Assembly (NCBI GenBank): GCA_963693365.1
Contig: CAVNZM010000008.1
Coordinates: 8,374,818 to 8,438,817, forward strand
DNA: 64,000 nt
Reading direction: 5' to 3'
From: Amoebidium appalachense
Lineage: Eukaryota > Protista > Ichthyosporea
In this document: piece after piece, positions 1 to 18,846 of the stretch
Layout of the letters: each line of letters begins with the position of its first letter
How positions within the stretch are numbered: position 1 is the first letter of the stretch
The notes under the pieces: model-generated
The model's database searches: none
Seen by the model: the letters and a program-made list of their open reading frames with translations, nothing else
Told to the model about the DNA's origin: nothing
Made by a program: the position numbers and the translations under genes

Positions 1-91
1 GTGCTGTCCGTTGTGAAGGTGTGTTTCGTGCCCTGTAACATATCCTAAATCTCCCTGCCTCTTCCCCCCCCCACTTCCCCCCTTCCCCATA

Positions 92-227
<136 letters not shown>

Positions 228-307
228 ACACATTCATCCCTCGATCCCTCCATTCCTTCCCCTCCTCCCCGGTCCTCTTCCCCCCCCCCCCCCCCCCCCC
301 CCTCCCC

Positions 308-338
<31 letters not shown>

Positions 339-359
339 AAAAAAAAAAAACACATACAG

Positions 360-5586
<5,227 letters not shown>

Positions 5587-5788
5587 TCGGATCGGGAATT
5601 CGGCTCGGTGATTGGCTCAAAATCAGCTTCTAGTGGGCTTCTATGGCAACCCGTCGTCACCATGTGTGACCCTTTTTGCTGTCCATTTCCCATGGTCAAA
5701 TGTGATGGTTATGTTTTTTTTTGCTTTGCTTTGTCAACCTTTTCAAGTGGGCGTTTCTCATTTTCTTATATGCAGCTGTCCTCCCCCC

Positions 5789-5826
<38 letters not shown>

Positions 5827-6334
5827 CCGGGGGGGGGGGGGGGGGGGGGGAGGGGGGGAGGGGGTAATCAAACATTCCGTTGTGATGCTCGGGTAAAGAT
5901 ATCATATGCGCGAAAGTGGAAATTTGTAACATTTCTGTGGTTTTTTAGTGGGTGACAGCTGCTTCTGCTATTTAGGAAGGGCTTTTGGGGAGGTTTTTTT
6001 TTCACCTTTTTTTCGGGTGTTTTTGGATTTTGGTATTTTTGAGTGAGGTCTGGGGTTTTGTTGGCAAATCCCGATTAAAGCTTTGCCGGTGGTGTGCGAT
6101 AACTTGATTAACCAGCGCCCATACAGAATGATTTATCAGGTTAGCAATTGATAATTTTGGGGAAAAGATCGATTCTGTAGACTAGGTGTTTCCCAATCAG
6201 TATTTAGCTATCCATATGCATCTAACAATCATACCACTATAAATGTGTAATGATTTTTTTAGTAAAACAATAAAAAAAAGTAGGAATATGATGATAAACA
6301 ATTGAAGCCGATGATTGATAGTCGTGAATTAGAT

Positions 6335-6365
<31 letters not shown>

Positions 6366-6747
6366 ATGATCACACGCATACACATACAAACACGCACGTG
6401 CACACACACACAAACACACACACACACATACAGAGTATTGACAGTCACGCGTACATGCACACAAACACAGTGTAACGGTATGACACGCACACACACATAC
6501 ACGTCAATATGAGGCACACGCACACACACACACATGTACACACACGCACACACACACTGGAACAAACATGTACGTATAACCGCCACCAGCCGCCACCACC
6601 TGCACATGTGAACGTTTGTTCATGCGTCTCAGTAGGAAGTTGTTTGCACGGTTGATGATGTCGACACCGACACACGATGTACACCGATCCCCAACAAGTT
6701 GTTGGGAATTCGAATTACGAAGTGAACGCAGCAGCAGCTGGATAAAG

Positions 6748-6807
<60 letters not shown>

Positions 6808-8059
6808 ATGTACGTCTACACAAACACAAACATACGTGCGCGCACGTGTACACACACACACACACTAACCCCGCAACTCCACGTATATACGGCCATGGAC
6901 TGACCATGGCATTCCACGACACACTATCGCTATGGTGTGCGTGTAGTGTGTGTCTCTTAGTATCACTTGAAGTTCAGAATCTGTTTGTTTCCTTTAAGTT
7001 ATTTGTGTATTTGTCGTGGTGGTGCCGGTGGTGGTAGTTGTGTGCGCGTGTGTGTATGGGGGTGGGTGGGTGGTGGTGGTGGGGGGATTGGGGGGGGGGC
7101 TGCTGCCATAGCGAGCATATCTGCCGTTCATGTTGGCACACAATTGCTACAGGGAAATAGCAAACACACATGTACAGTCAGATTTCCGTGATCACATCTC
7201 CCGAACGACAGCCAATCAAATTACACGCCCCCAAAGAACCCCCCCCCCCCCCCCCCCCCCCCCCGGTGTCCAGCACCGGTCAAACAATTTACCTTTCCCC
7301 AGGACCAATTAGACCTTGCGTTTCTTAACCACATTTAGACAAAACAGATGATTTGATAATGCAAGTCAGTCACACTACACAAATAGCTTCCTAAAGTAGG
7401 AGTACTGAAAAACGGAAAGAGAGAATAATCAGTCGTTGGTTTTCAATTTTAGGAATGCAAATCGGTAACCACGTTTATGGCTTCCATTAATTATCCTTAC
7501 ACAACACTTAGTACATCTAGTATCAGTACCTATCTATCTACCAATCCATATATCTACTTGACTATCAAACGTATATATCTACTTTAGATACTCTCACAGT
7601 CTACGTAGACAACAATTTACGTACAACATAGGCAACCTTACTATCTCTCCATTGCAATTCACCCTAAGATAATGAATACGTTGGCAACACTTCACATATA
7701 GGCACCCGAATACATGTACCTGTTCCGATCAAGGGTTTGTGTGTGTGTGTGTGCGTGTGTGCGTGCGTGCGTGCATGTGTGTGTGTTGCATGTTGGTCTT
7801 GCCGAACATCAATGCAACTTTCCATTTGACACAGCCAAACATATATTCATAGCACTCACAAAAAAACCCAGCAGGGTCAAGGTAAAAAACGAAGAGGAAA
7901 AAAGAAAAAGCCGGGGGATACACATCCCGTGCTTCCCACCACCTTACCAAAAAAGCATGAAGTATCCCCACACGCCCCCACTGTCCATCTACGCAACCAC
8001 TCGAATTTCCACTCCTACTCCACAAAAACCCCATGTCCACACCCTGCAAAATCGCCCTC

Positions 8060-11000
8060 TCACGACGTCGGGACCAGATCCGGCAACGCAACGGGCATAA
8101 GCGACGAACCCGTCATTGGCTGGCCCCCCATACCCGGCAGTCCCCCAACACTTTGCACGGGCGACGCAGTTACCTTCTGCTTCTTCGCAGCCGAAGGTCC
8201 CAACAACCCCCCAAAAGCAGGCAAACCCCCCAGGCTCGCCGCGGGGGGAAGTGTGCTCGCCTGTCGCGGGCCTCCCAATCCGATCGCGGCCGATCCCATC
8301 GGCTGGGCGCCGAAAATCACCGGTGAGTTTGCGTTTGCGGCCGAAGCAGACAGCTGGGGCGAGCTGCTCGCAGATCTCTGGCCGCGCGCCAATTCGGGCG
8401 ACCGCGGGTTGCCTCCCTGCAACTGCTGCTGCGGCGACGGCGAATGGAACGTCGGCGGGAGGGAAAGGGACGACCCCATTGGCTGGCCGCCGGAACGAAG
8501 CAAACCCGTCGGTTGGGCGCCGCGTGGAACCATAGATATGGTCGGGTCGGAAGAGACAGAAACGGGGGAAGGGGAGGGGATTTGAGGGCCGGGGGGTGCC
8601 CGCGGGCCAGAGAGTCCCGGGGAGGAAGTTCGGCATGCCCATACCCCCCATACTCATCGCGTTGAGGTACATTTGCTGTTGGGTTAAATCCCCAAACGCG
8701 GAGCCCGAAACGCCGTTCGGAATAAGCGGCGAAACCCCGCCACTACTGTTGGTGTTCTGTCCCCCGCCGGCGCCGGCGCCGCCGACGGAACCGGTGAGCG
8801 GAGAAGGGGTGGGAGCGCGCAAATCCGTCCTTAGGTCCAACTTTGGCGAACCCACGCCGCCAGTGTTTGTCGGGGAGGAAACAAACACAGACACTTCCGC
8901 CTCCCCCTTGTAAAACCCGCTGTTTTCGTTCTGCGCCATCGCCTCAATCTCCGTCTCCTGCCGCCGCTTGCGATCGTGCGACTGCTGGTGCCGGCGGAGA
9001 GTCGTCAAATCGGCGAAACGCTTGTCGCACCCGGCATGCTTACACTGGAAAGGTTTTTCTCCCGTGTGAGTACGCAAATGGTTGTTCAACTGCGAAGACG
9101 TGGTGAAACGCTTGGAGCAGCTGGGAACACTGCACTCGAACGGCTTCACCCCGGAATGGATGCGCATGTGACGGACGAGATCGCTCGACGTCGTGAAGCT
9201 CTTTCCACATCCTTCGTGATTGCACCCGTACGGGCGTTCGCCCGTGTGCGTGCGCATGTGCGCCGTCAGGTTGCTAAGCCCTGAGAACCCCTTCCCGCAC
9301 ACCTTGCACACGCGCGGTTTCTCCCCTGTATGCGACCGCGTGTGCGCCAAAAGACAGTTGGCGTAGGCAAACTTCTTCCCGCAGCCGGGAACCTCGCACT
9401 TGTACGGCCTCTCGCCCGTGTGTGTGCGTGTGTGCGCCGCGAGCACGTTCGCCTGCGTGAACGTCTGCCCACATCCCGGGTGCCGACACGCGTACGGCTT
9501 CTCCCTCGTGTGGGTCTGCATGTGACGCAAAAACTGCTGCAAAATGGGGAACGGTTTCTGCGCGCGCTTGCAATCATTCCACTTGCACACAAACTGCGTG
9601 TCGTTGCTCTCGCTCTTACAGTGTTCCTCCCGCACGTGTTCCGCCAACTCCAACGAGTTCGGGTACTCAATTGCGCAGCTCTCCCACGCGCATCTCATCG
9701 GCCCATCGTGCTCCTTCCTCCTCGACCTCGCATGATGGTCCGAATGATGGTCATCCGAATCGTGGTTGTAGTCATGTTCGTCGTGATCGTAATCGCTCGC
9801 GTCATTCCCGTACCTGTCGCCACCCATGTATCCCCCCATTCCCTCCGGCGGCAGTTGATGGTGTGTCTGAGCCTGTGCCTGTGACTGGGGTGGCGGCGGG
9901 GGCATAGCGTAGTTGTGACCCCCCTGCTGCTGCCCATTGGAACCTCCAACGTGGAGGTAATCCATGTGAGGGGCTGGTGGTGGGGCATTGTACTGCATGG
10001 GGGGTTGCTGCTGCTGCTGCTGCTGCTGATGTTGCGATGGCGGTGCGGGAGCGTGCTGTTGGTTCTGGGCCGTAATCCCTTGCATCCCTGGCATTCCGTT
10101 AGCTGCGCCATGGGGCATCGGTTGTGCCTGTCCTTGGTTCTGGCTATGTGGTGGGTAGTGGGGTTGGTGTTGGGGCGGCATGGTCTGATGCTGTTGCGGC
10201 GGTGGTTGGAAGTGGGCTGGCTGGGCGGGAAAACTAGCAGGGGTCATGTGTGTCATGTATGCGGCGGCCCCTGGGTAAGGCTGGTGTGGCATGCCGGGGG
10301 CTACATGTTGGGTAGGTACTGTGGAATGTGCAGGCTGGTGATTGAAAGATTGTTAGTATATGACCAGAAGAATAACAATCCCCCCTTCCCTCTTTCCCCT
10401 TCCAACGCCACTGGGGCACAAACTATATTAGATGTGCAAATCTGCGCCTAGCAACCGTGCACGTGTGCTGGTATTAATCAAGGAGGCATGTATCTGTGCA
10501 CGAGAGCAAGCCACCAAACAATCAGATCAAAATATGACAGCGGCCCCTTCCCTGTGGTGTGCGTGCCACCTGCTACTACAAAAGCCTAGCAACTGTGAGT
10601 CTGCACTAATATTCTCTTCATAAAGGCCCGATTAGAGCGCGCATGTACGTGTGTACAACAGCAGGCAATTTGTGATTTCTTTTTTGATATAACTATGGCA
10701 ACATCAAAGCGTGCAGTAGTGTGTGTGTGTGCATGAGATCATGCTAACAATCAATTCAAAACAAGACAGGCAGGGGTACCTCACCTGCGGTGTACGAGCC
10801 ACCTGCTGCTGCCCAAAGTGTTCGTTGCCACCCTGCTGCATCTTCTGCCCACCACCCACACCAGCATTCACATTCGCGTTCGCGTTGGCCTGCGCCTGTG
10901 CCCTCTGTTGCTGAACTGCAGCATCCATTGCCATTGTATAAAACTGCTGCAAGTTTGCCTGCAAATTTAACGAGTTTGCGAGCGCCGCTTGATTGCTCAA

Positions 11001-11726
11001 TGAAACATTCCCTTGTCCGGCGGTTGCTCCCTGCCCTGCTTGCGAATCTCCCGACGGCAACATCGGATTAGATGAAGCCCCGTTCGTGGTGTTTTGCGAC
11101 CCGACATTATCGCCGCCGTTAAGCAAAGATTCACCCAAGTTCCACAACTGTGTCGGCTGTGGTAGTGGTTGCGACGGGGCGGCGGATGCCTGATGGAGAG
11201 TGGACGTGGGCTGGCAGCCTGAAGTGACCCTCTGCTGCTGTCTCTGCAATGTTTGCTCGAGCTGCCTAAGTTGCGCCTCGCGGAAATCATTTCCCATCTG
11301 CTCTTGGCTGGCCGCCTGGGCTGCCTGTTGTGCCATCTGCTGCTGGCGTGTGAGAACCTCGTATTGCACCTGCGCAATTTGCTGTTGCTTCTGCAACTCC
11401 GCCAATGTGTGCAGCTGTGCTGCTTGCTGGCGCTGAACGGCTGCGGCGGCCGCAGCAGCGGTGGCCGCATTTGGTTGCAAAAGGCCGGTTTGAAAGGGCA
11501 AGGTGGCCCAGGGAAAATAGAAATATGACGGAGGGAAGAGTGGGGGAAGCTGTGCGGAATATGTGAAGGGAGTATTGATAGGGTCAGGTGCTTGCTGTTG
11601 GGGTGTGCTTGTGGGTTGAGCCGGCTTCGCATCGGGTGTCGGTTCGGGTGCGGAAACCGCCGGCATAAGCGAAGACCCAGTGTGCTTGGTTGCTCCACGG
11701 AGCAAATGTGACGACGGCTGCGCCAT
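8060..11726 (-). CDS. C2H2 zinc-finger transcription factor, 8 fingers, Zap1/ZafA- or GLI/GLIS-like; Q/P-rich N-terminus
   Basis: Exon 1 is 11726-10785 (cag|gtgagg). The intron has a TACTAAC branch point, and exon 2 starts at 10334 in frame with ORF 7989-10292. Fingers CAWESC..H..H and CKWNDC..H..H are followed by six fingers with TGEKP-like linkers. The more protein-like C-terminus (ending TGA at 8060) needs a 1-nt shift at 8591-8596; the uncorrected frame ends at 7989. Confidence 0.9.
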
Positions 11727-12369
11727 GTTTTATGTGTGCAGTTACTGGCTATTATTAGTTTAGATGATGACTGGTGTATATTTAGGGGTACACTAATGAT
11801 TTAAGTGAATGGGTGTAGTTGGATACTGTGAGTACAACGACTGCAGTGGACAAACACATAGTGTTATCCTGTCAAACAAAGGCAGGAATGACGTTGTCTA
11901 AGACCAAGGAATCCCAAATTCCACGGAAAACACGAGACTCATTCCGTGGCTTTGCTAGAAAGATTTCTAATCAATTGTAAGTATGTGTGTATCAAGGAAT
12001 ATGATAAACTAGCACGACAGAAGTGAAGCCTACCAACGCAAAGAGCTGGGAGCTTAGCTCGTTTGCTACAACAAGAAGCTCAAGTTCTAAACCAACTCCC
12101 ACCTATATACACCATCTAATCTGTCCCAAAAAAAGACTATAAAACTCAACGCTTAACTTCTGTCCCTCGCTCCTATTACTTGCATTTACTCCCTAGTTCT
12201 CTCCTTTCCCTTTTTCCTTAGTTACTTTTTCGTTTTTTCGCGCGCAAAAAATCCGTTGCGGTTGTTTCGGCACCAACAGTTCACAGTTTCCAACTGAAGA
12301 CTGGACTGGTACACAGCACTGGGCAGGTGGTTGGTGAGCACCTGCGTCATACCACTGCGCATGCTATTG

Positions 12370-12425
12370 CTAACCAATCAATGTGCGCGAAATATAGAAC
12401 ACGGGCGATGATTGGTGGATTGTGC
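12370..12425. promoter_or_regulatory. CCAAT boxes upstream of the zinc-finger gene
   Basis: accaatca (~12373) and gattgg (~12410) in a non-repetitive stretch about 650 bp upstream of the ATG. Motif match only. Confidence 0.3.
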
Positions 12426-13299
12426 TTACGGTTGAAAGTGCTGAGCGGTAAATGTAGTGCATGATTCAGAGTGCATGATAAAAATAACGCCGATGGAATC
12501 ACTGATAGACATAATGCGTTGGCTCGAAGTGAAAACGAGACCTAAATTTAGCATACAATTGTCGATTTTATATATCATCTCCAAGAAGCTATGCATAAAC
12601 TATTTGTTCTGGTTTTTTACACCTGGTTACAAAAATGTAAAATTATTATGTAATTAGAGAATTCTATCCGGATCTATTTATAAAGCACTCTTGTTAAAAA
12701 TGAACAGCCATTGAAGCCATGCCATTCGTAATGTTAAACATTCATCTTTGCCGCATGCTGCTCTTAGACAGGCAGTACCAGGCCCTACTTTACGCTTGTC
12801 ACCCAGCCAGAATTTCGAACGCCGGGTGCGATGGGCATGCCCACTCATGAATTTGCAACCACATCGCAAAAAATAGTCTACACACAACACCACAACAAAG
12901 ACAATAAGTTGTTTATGCAAAGGGTTCAATCGAATACATTATAGGACTATTTTTCTGCAATTCCAATTGGCCATCATCTCCTCTTTTCAAATTAGTGCCC
13001 ACCAGGAATAAACGTTTTCGTTGCCATGGCCAAGAGCTCGAGGCCTAAGCAGTGGCACACGTGGACATTCCAAACCCGGGCCCGGCATTCCACAGTTTAC
13101 TTTGGCCAATCAGCGCGTTCCGAAGAGGAACAAGGAGAAATAGTCTAGCCTACTTTTGCGACGCGTCATTGTCATTGTGGCTGTAGAGCTAGAGGAGCTG
13201 AGTCGACGTCAGAATCCGCAAATGTAATGTGAAATAGTTTAGGGGGTTTACGCTGTTTGCTCGAGGCAAAGGGTTTACAGCTCAGTAGACTAATACAGT

Positions 13300-13365
<66 letters not shown>

Positions 13366-14556
13366 TCGCACTGACATGTCATTGTGGGTATGTGCCTGCC
13401 TATATATGGGTCATGGGCGTTTTTGTGCAATGGCATCTGGTTGTGTATTGACGTGTAGGTTGGCCTTAGCAGTTTGAATCGGCATCGGATGTGTGCGGTG
13501 AGCATGCGAGATACGGAGAGCGTGTGGCAGAGACTCTTGTATTCTCGTTTGTTCTAGAAATCTGCGTAGAGCATGGGGGTAAACTATATGTGCAGCATGG
13601 GGGAGAAGCTCAGACGGTGCTTGTGTGCATATCTTTAACCCCACTTAACACGGGCTTTTCCGATGGGAAGGAGGACGCCATGTGTGTTCGTGGCTCCTCA
13701 TTTCTCGGTTGGGTGATGATACGTCAGAGTGCGCGCGAGACTCTCTGGCATTTATATGGTAGAGGGGGGGGGGGGGGATATAAAGAAAAGAGAAAGAAGG
13801 CAAATGATGGAACTGGGATACAAGTCAGTCGCAGTAAGGTTGCATTGTAGTGGCCAAGATGTGTCTTTGTGCCTTCCTCATCACAGATACTTCTAAACAA
13901 GGTGAATCGCCAAACAACCGGAAATCTGTGGAAGTTAGCAAACACGTCACAAAGCCTTCTTGAAGCAGATGTACCCTCCCCTCCCTTCCCACCCCCCCAA
14001 ACAAACAAACAAACAAACTGTCCGCTGGAGCCCAGCCGGTACTTACGAGCATGCAAGCGCACATTCTTGACGTGCCACCAGCCTATGATTCTTTCACTCC
14101 TTTAATGGCCAGTACGCAAGCACGCCGACGACGTCGCTATGTTTAGTCCAGGTCAAAAAAAGATCTAACCTCAGTTGACAGGATGACAATTATAAGATTT
14201 TGTGGTTGAGCCCCCCACCACCCATCCTTCAACCGTATTCCACCCCTTCCTGCCCAACCCCTCCGGCTTTAAGACTCTCCTCCCCCCACCCCCCCGTCTA
14301 TCACTCGCCTCTCTCTTGCCCTCTTTCTCTCAAAACTATCTCTCTCTTTCTTCCCTGTCCCTCCCTCGCCCTCTCCTTCCCTCTCACACACACTCCCTCT
14401 CCCTCTCGCTCTCTCTCTGCGAGACTCTGTCTGCCCTTCCCTCATTCCCACCAACACTTCCTCCCTCGTCCGTGCACGTGGCACTTCTTCCCGCCCATCC
14501 CCTCCACCATGCTCTCGTTTTCTCTCTCTAGCTCGCTCCGAGGCTAGCATTCCCCT

Positions 14557-14629
<73 letters not shown>

Positions 14630-14756
14630 TCTCCCTCTCCCTCTCCCCCTCCCTCTCTCCCCCTCTCCCCCCCCAAAAAAAAGTGTGTGTGCGTGTGTGC
14701 GTGTGTGCGTGTGTGCGTGGGTGCATGTGTGCGTGTATGCCGGTTTTCTGTACAAA

Positions 14757-14863
<107 letters not shown>

Positions 14864-15859
14864 CACGCTGTCACGGTGTGTGTGTATAATAGCCAGAGTA
14901 GTAGGTCCCCTCACACACCTGCACGCACCGTGCGGCATGCACGTATGCTTGCGCACACATACACGTACCGGCGCACCAGTCACGCGCACACCGCACACCG
15001 CACATAGTCACCCTTTCCCCCCCTCCCCCTCCACCACCACTCTGACCACACACACGCACGCACCCACGCACACACACCACCGTACGTGACCGTCGACGTC
15101 GACCTGTCGACGTCCGAAGAATGGCATCCACTACCAGACTGGCAACAGTCAGACAGTGCTGCTGATATCTCATGGTTGCGTCACAGGCAGTCATCACTGA
15201 GAGCCACATTGGGCAACACGCTGCCATACGCGCATCTGATTGGCGAAAGGGGTAGGTGCATGATGATTTGGGCAATATTAGTCCCCCGATATATAACCAA
15301 TTATCTTGCGCATTTGAGCCATGCTCGACTTCTATATATGTATATATATATGTGCCGCTGTAGTGTAATACTTTATTTGATCAAATAAATAGAATAAAAT
15401 AGAATACAATTTATTGAAATGTTTTTATAAATAAATGGACATGTAAGCTGTGTTCACATTGGTATACGAGTGATTGTTGACGGCGGCGTCAACTCCCGAG
15501 GTATAGCAAGCCAATCATTTGTGTCCACCTATTTTAAGCTAAAGTAGGCATTTTTGTTTGAAAGCTTCAGAGCACTGATTGTCCGGCAGCTCAGGTGAGC
15601 CACCAGATCTGACAGAGTGGGAAAAAAAAAACTGAAAGCAACATCAAGACCAGATGTAAAGATGACAACAGTCGATTTGAAACACTATAATAAATTTTGG
15701 AGGGTGTTTTTTTTTCCCTGCATAAGAAACAATCATTATAACTATAAAGAGAATTCTGTTTGGGACCCGAGCCGAATCCAAGGAGCTCAATTTGTAAAGC
15801 TCGTTTTCATTGGGTAACGTTCACGAGGAGCTATCGCCTGCTGAAGCGGGGACCACTCG

Positions 15860-15872
15860 AGGTATAAAACCA
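15860..15872 (+). promoter_or_regulatory. Possible TATA box for the kinase transcript (long spliced 5'UTR)
   Basis: gTATAAAAcc at ~15863, a downstream gtaag donor at ~16153, and a cag acceptor at 17455 before the ATG. Confidence 0.25.
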
Positions 15873-16455
15873 GGCCGCATTACGAAATGAATCAAATCTC
15901 GTCATCGCGAATTTTCTGACTGTGTTTTTCCTTTCGGTTCACCCGACCTGCAACACGCTGAGTGAATAAAGGGACAAACTAAGAACACCTTACAATAGAA
16001 AGAGGTTTTTAGGGCGATTATCAACGGCGTTGAAGAGAACATACACAATATAACATTATAGTTCAAGAGAGCTGTTGTATTTATTCAAGTGGAAAAAGGG
16101 TTCTTATAGGAGGCTATCGCGAAAGGCTCCATGTGATTGCCATCAGAACTTGGTAAGGTTGGGGCACACTGTTGTGTCCCTGTCAAAACTGCCCGGCGAT
16201 GGTTTTACTCCCAAAAATATTACGTATATTTCGGTCTGTTTCCAATGACATTGGGTCCGTCCTTGTTTGTTCTTCCTTTAAAGACTTCGAACATAAAGCA
16301 TCCCTATGGATATACTTTTGTGCAGCAGAAACCTTCTTTGTGTTTCTCTTGTGAGTTGGTTGTCTTGGCTGGTAATGATATAATAGTTTTCTTTCCCTGC
16401 CTACTTTTTGTGATATGTATTTTCTTTTTTTTTTTTTTTTATGTTTCCTTTTTTT

Positions 16456-16513
<58 letters not shown>

Positions 16514-17484
16514 CTTCTTTTTGTTTTTTAAGGCCATGAAACCGGTATATTTAGCTGCTGTTCAGCTTCTTTTTCGTTTTGTTTTGTTTATCCACCTCGG
16601 TGTGTCAGAAATCCTAAACGTGTCAAGAAGTTAGAGACAAGTAACGTACGTCCACACATGCCCGCATCATGTATTTCTTTTGCTTTTTTCTTTCTTTCTT
16701 TTGTTCTTTCTTTCTTTTCCCTTCTTGTTTGTTATACACTCCATCCGCTTCTAATTTTTTTTTCCTTGCCTTTGCTCTAACATAGATGCGGCGTTAACAT
16801 TCAATGAGAATGTCCCCACGACCCTGCGAATGGATGGCTCGAGCTCAAACTGTAGGCTCTGTTTTTCCTTCGGTGTATATGACTCTTTTATTCTTGACAC
16901 GCTGGCCAGGCCTGACACTTCTGTTAGCATAATACCAAGCATAGTTGGGCGTGTGATTTTCCTGTGCCCTTTTGATGCTTCGGGCGATTACGCAAGTGTA
17001 GGCCTGAGCCTATTAACGTCGCTACAGACACTAAGCCTGGAGATCGTCCTGTTTTTCTTGGAACACCGAGAGAAGAGAGTAAAGACTAGAATGGAACGGT
17101 GCATGTCCCTTTATCCTTTTTTTTCGGTGCACTTGGGAATAGTCGCTCTAGATCTGCCCGACTTGGGATTAAAACATCCTCGTCCGTTGGCCATGCTGTC
17201 CCTCTATTCTTATTGTTATGTTGAAGTGGGACAGGTGCCGAGGGATTGAATGGTTTGCGAAAGCAAGTGGGAAAAGGTGCAGTAGGCTCCCTGCATGTGC
17301 ATAGCAGAGGAGGTTTGGCTGGTAGCGCTGCGGGCATGGTTGTTTCTCATTTTTCAAGCCTTGGCGCTAAGTTTCCGGCTTCTGCCAGTGTTGGGGCGAA
17401 ATCCGTCATCACGAAGGAATGCTGACCCCTCGTTTTCCCACCCCTCTTTTCCCAGGCAACACCCCATATGTGGGGAAAACAAAC

Positions 17485-18110
17485 ATGATTGAGCAGCGGG
17501 CCTCCTTGGGATGCCCAGCGGCTGCGTGTGAAAGAGAGCAGGAGAGGTTCTTCCGGGAGGCTGCGAGCGTGATTAAGACTACACCCATTGAAGATGACTA
17601 TCAAATCTTTTATGGGCGCAAGCTTGGGGCCGGAAAGTTTGCCAACGTGTTTAAGTGCACGGACAAGCGCACGGGGGAGTCGTATGCTGTCAAGGTGGGT
17701 GTGCTTGCCGGTGCTTGTGCCTTGTCTGATTCTCTCCTTTTTCAAGTTTAGTCCTTTTTACTGTTGTTTTTCATTTTTCATTTTTCATTCTTAGATCTTT
17801 GCCCGTGCAAGCTCGGGGCCGGCATGCTTTCCATGCTTGTGCTGCCTTGCCTGATTTCTTTCTTTTGCCCTTTTCCTTTTCCTTTTCCTTTTCCTTTTTT
17901 ATTTTATTTTTTTTTTTAGTTTTTCGTGTGGGGGGGGAGGAGGGGGAGGGGGGGGGGGGAGGAGGGGGGGGGAGGGGGAGGGGGGGGGGGGGGTCGTGTA
18001 CTTTGGACTCAGTTTGAAACAAAGTGGAGAAGGTTGTTAGTGTTTCCTGTGTACGCCGAATGTTTAGCTGCTTTCTGAAACGCAAGATAATCCTCCCTCA
18101 CTTCCCCCCT

Positions 18111-18146
<36 letters not shown>

Positions 18147-18430
18147 TTTCCGTCTTACAGATTGTCAACAAGCACACGGTCCCCGCTGCATTGGACGTTC
18201 TCGACGAGATTGAAGTGCACCTTCTCTGCTCCAAGCACCCAAACGTAGTAGGGTTAAGGGACGCATACATCAACGACCCGCGCGTGTGCCTCGTGATGGA
18301 GCTGATGGAAGGGGGGGAGCTTTTTGAGTCTGTGGCCCGGAACATTTATTTGTCGGAGGACGAGACGAGGGGGGTAATGAGGACGCTGCTGTCGGTCGTG
18401 CACTTCTTGCACTCGAACAACATTGTGCAC

Positions 18431-18487
<57 letters not shown>

Positions 18488-18752
18488 CCTTTATTATATT
18501 TTTATTTTTGTTCTTTTTTTTTACTGTGTGTGTGTTTTTTTTTTGTGTTTTTTTTTGTTTGGGGGGGGGGGGAGGGGGTCGTGGATCTATATTCATTGCT
18601 GAAACGTCTCTTCATGATATATTGGCCTGCTCACGGTTATGGCGGGAGCTTATAGGTGTTATTATGCTATGATAGCGTTAGTAACGGGAAAATGCTGCAC
18701 ACACGTGTTATTAATACATTTGGACACCGAAGTCTGTTTATCGATTGCCTCC

Positions 18753-18846
<94 letters not shown>

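Noticed and set aside
1-20. aag|gtgtgt as a DDX31 donor
   Set aside because: The required phase puts a TGA in frame, and the sequence instead resembles the tail of the dispersed repeat.
7929-9907. Plus-strand ORFs overlapping the zinc-finger gene
   Set aside because: Antisense shadows of a GC-rich coding exon.
16830-17249. 139-aa ORF upstream of the kinase
   Set aside because: No recognisable motif and it does not splice in phase to the kinase exon; more likely 5'UTR or intron sequence.
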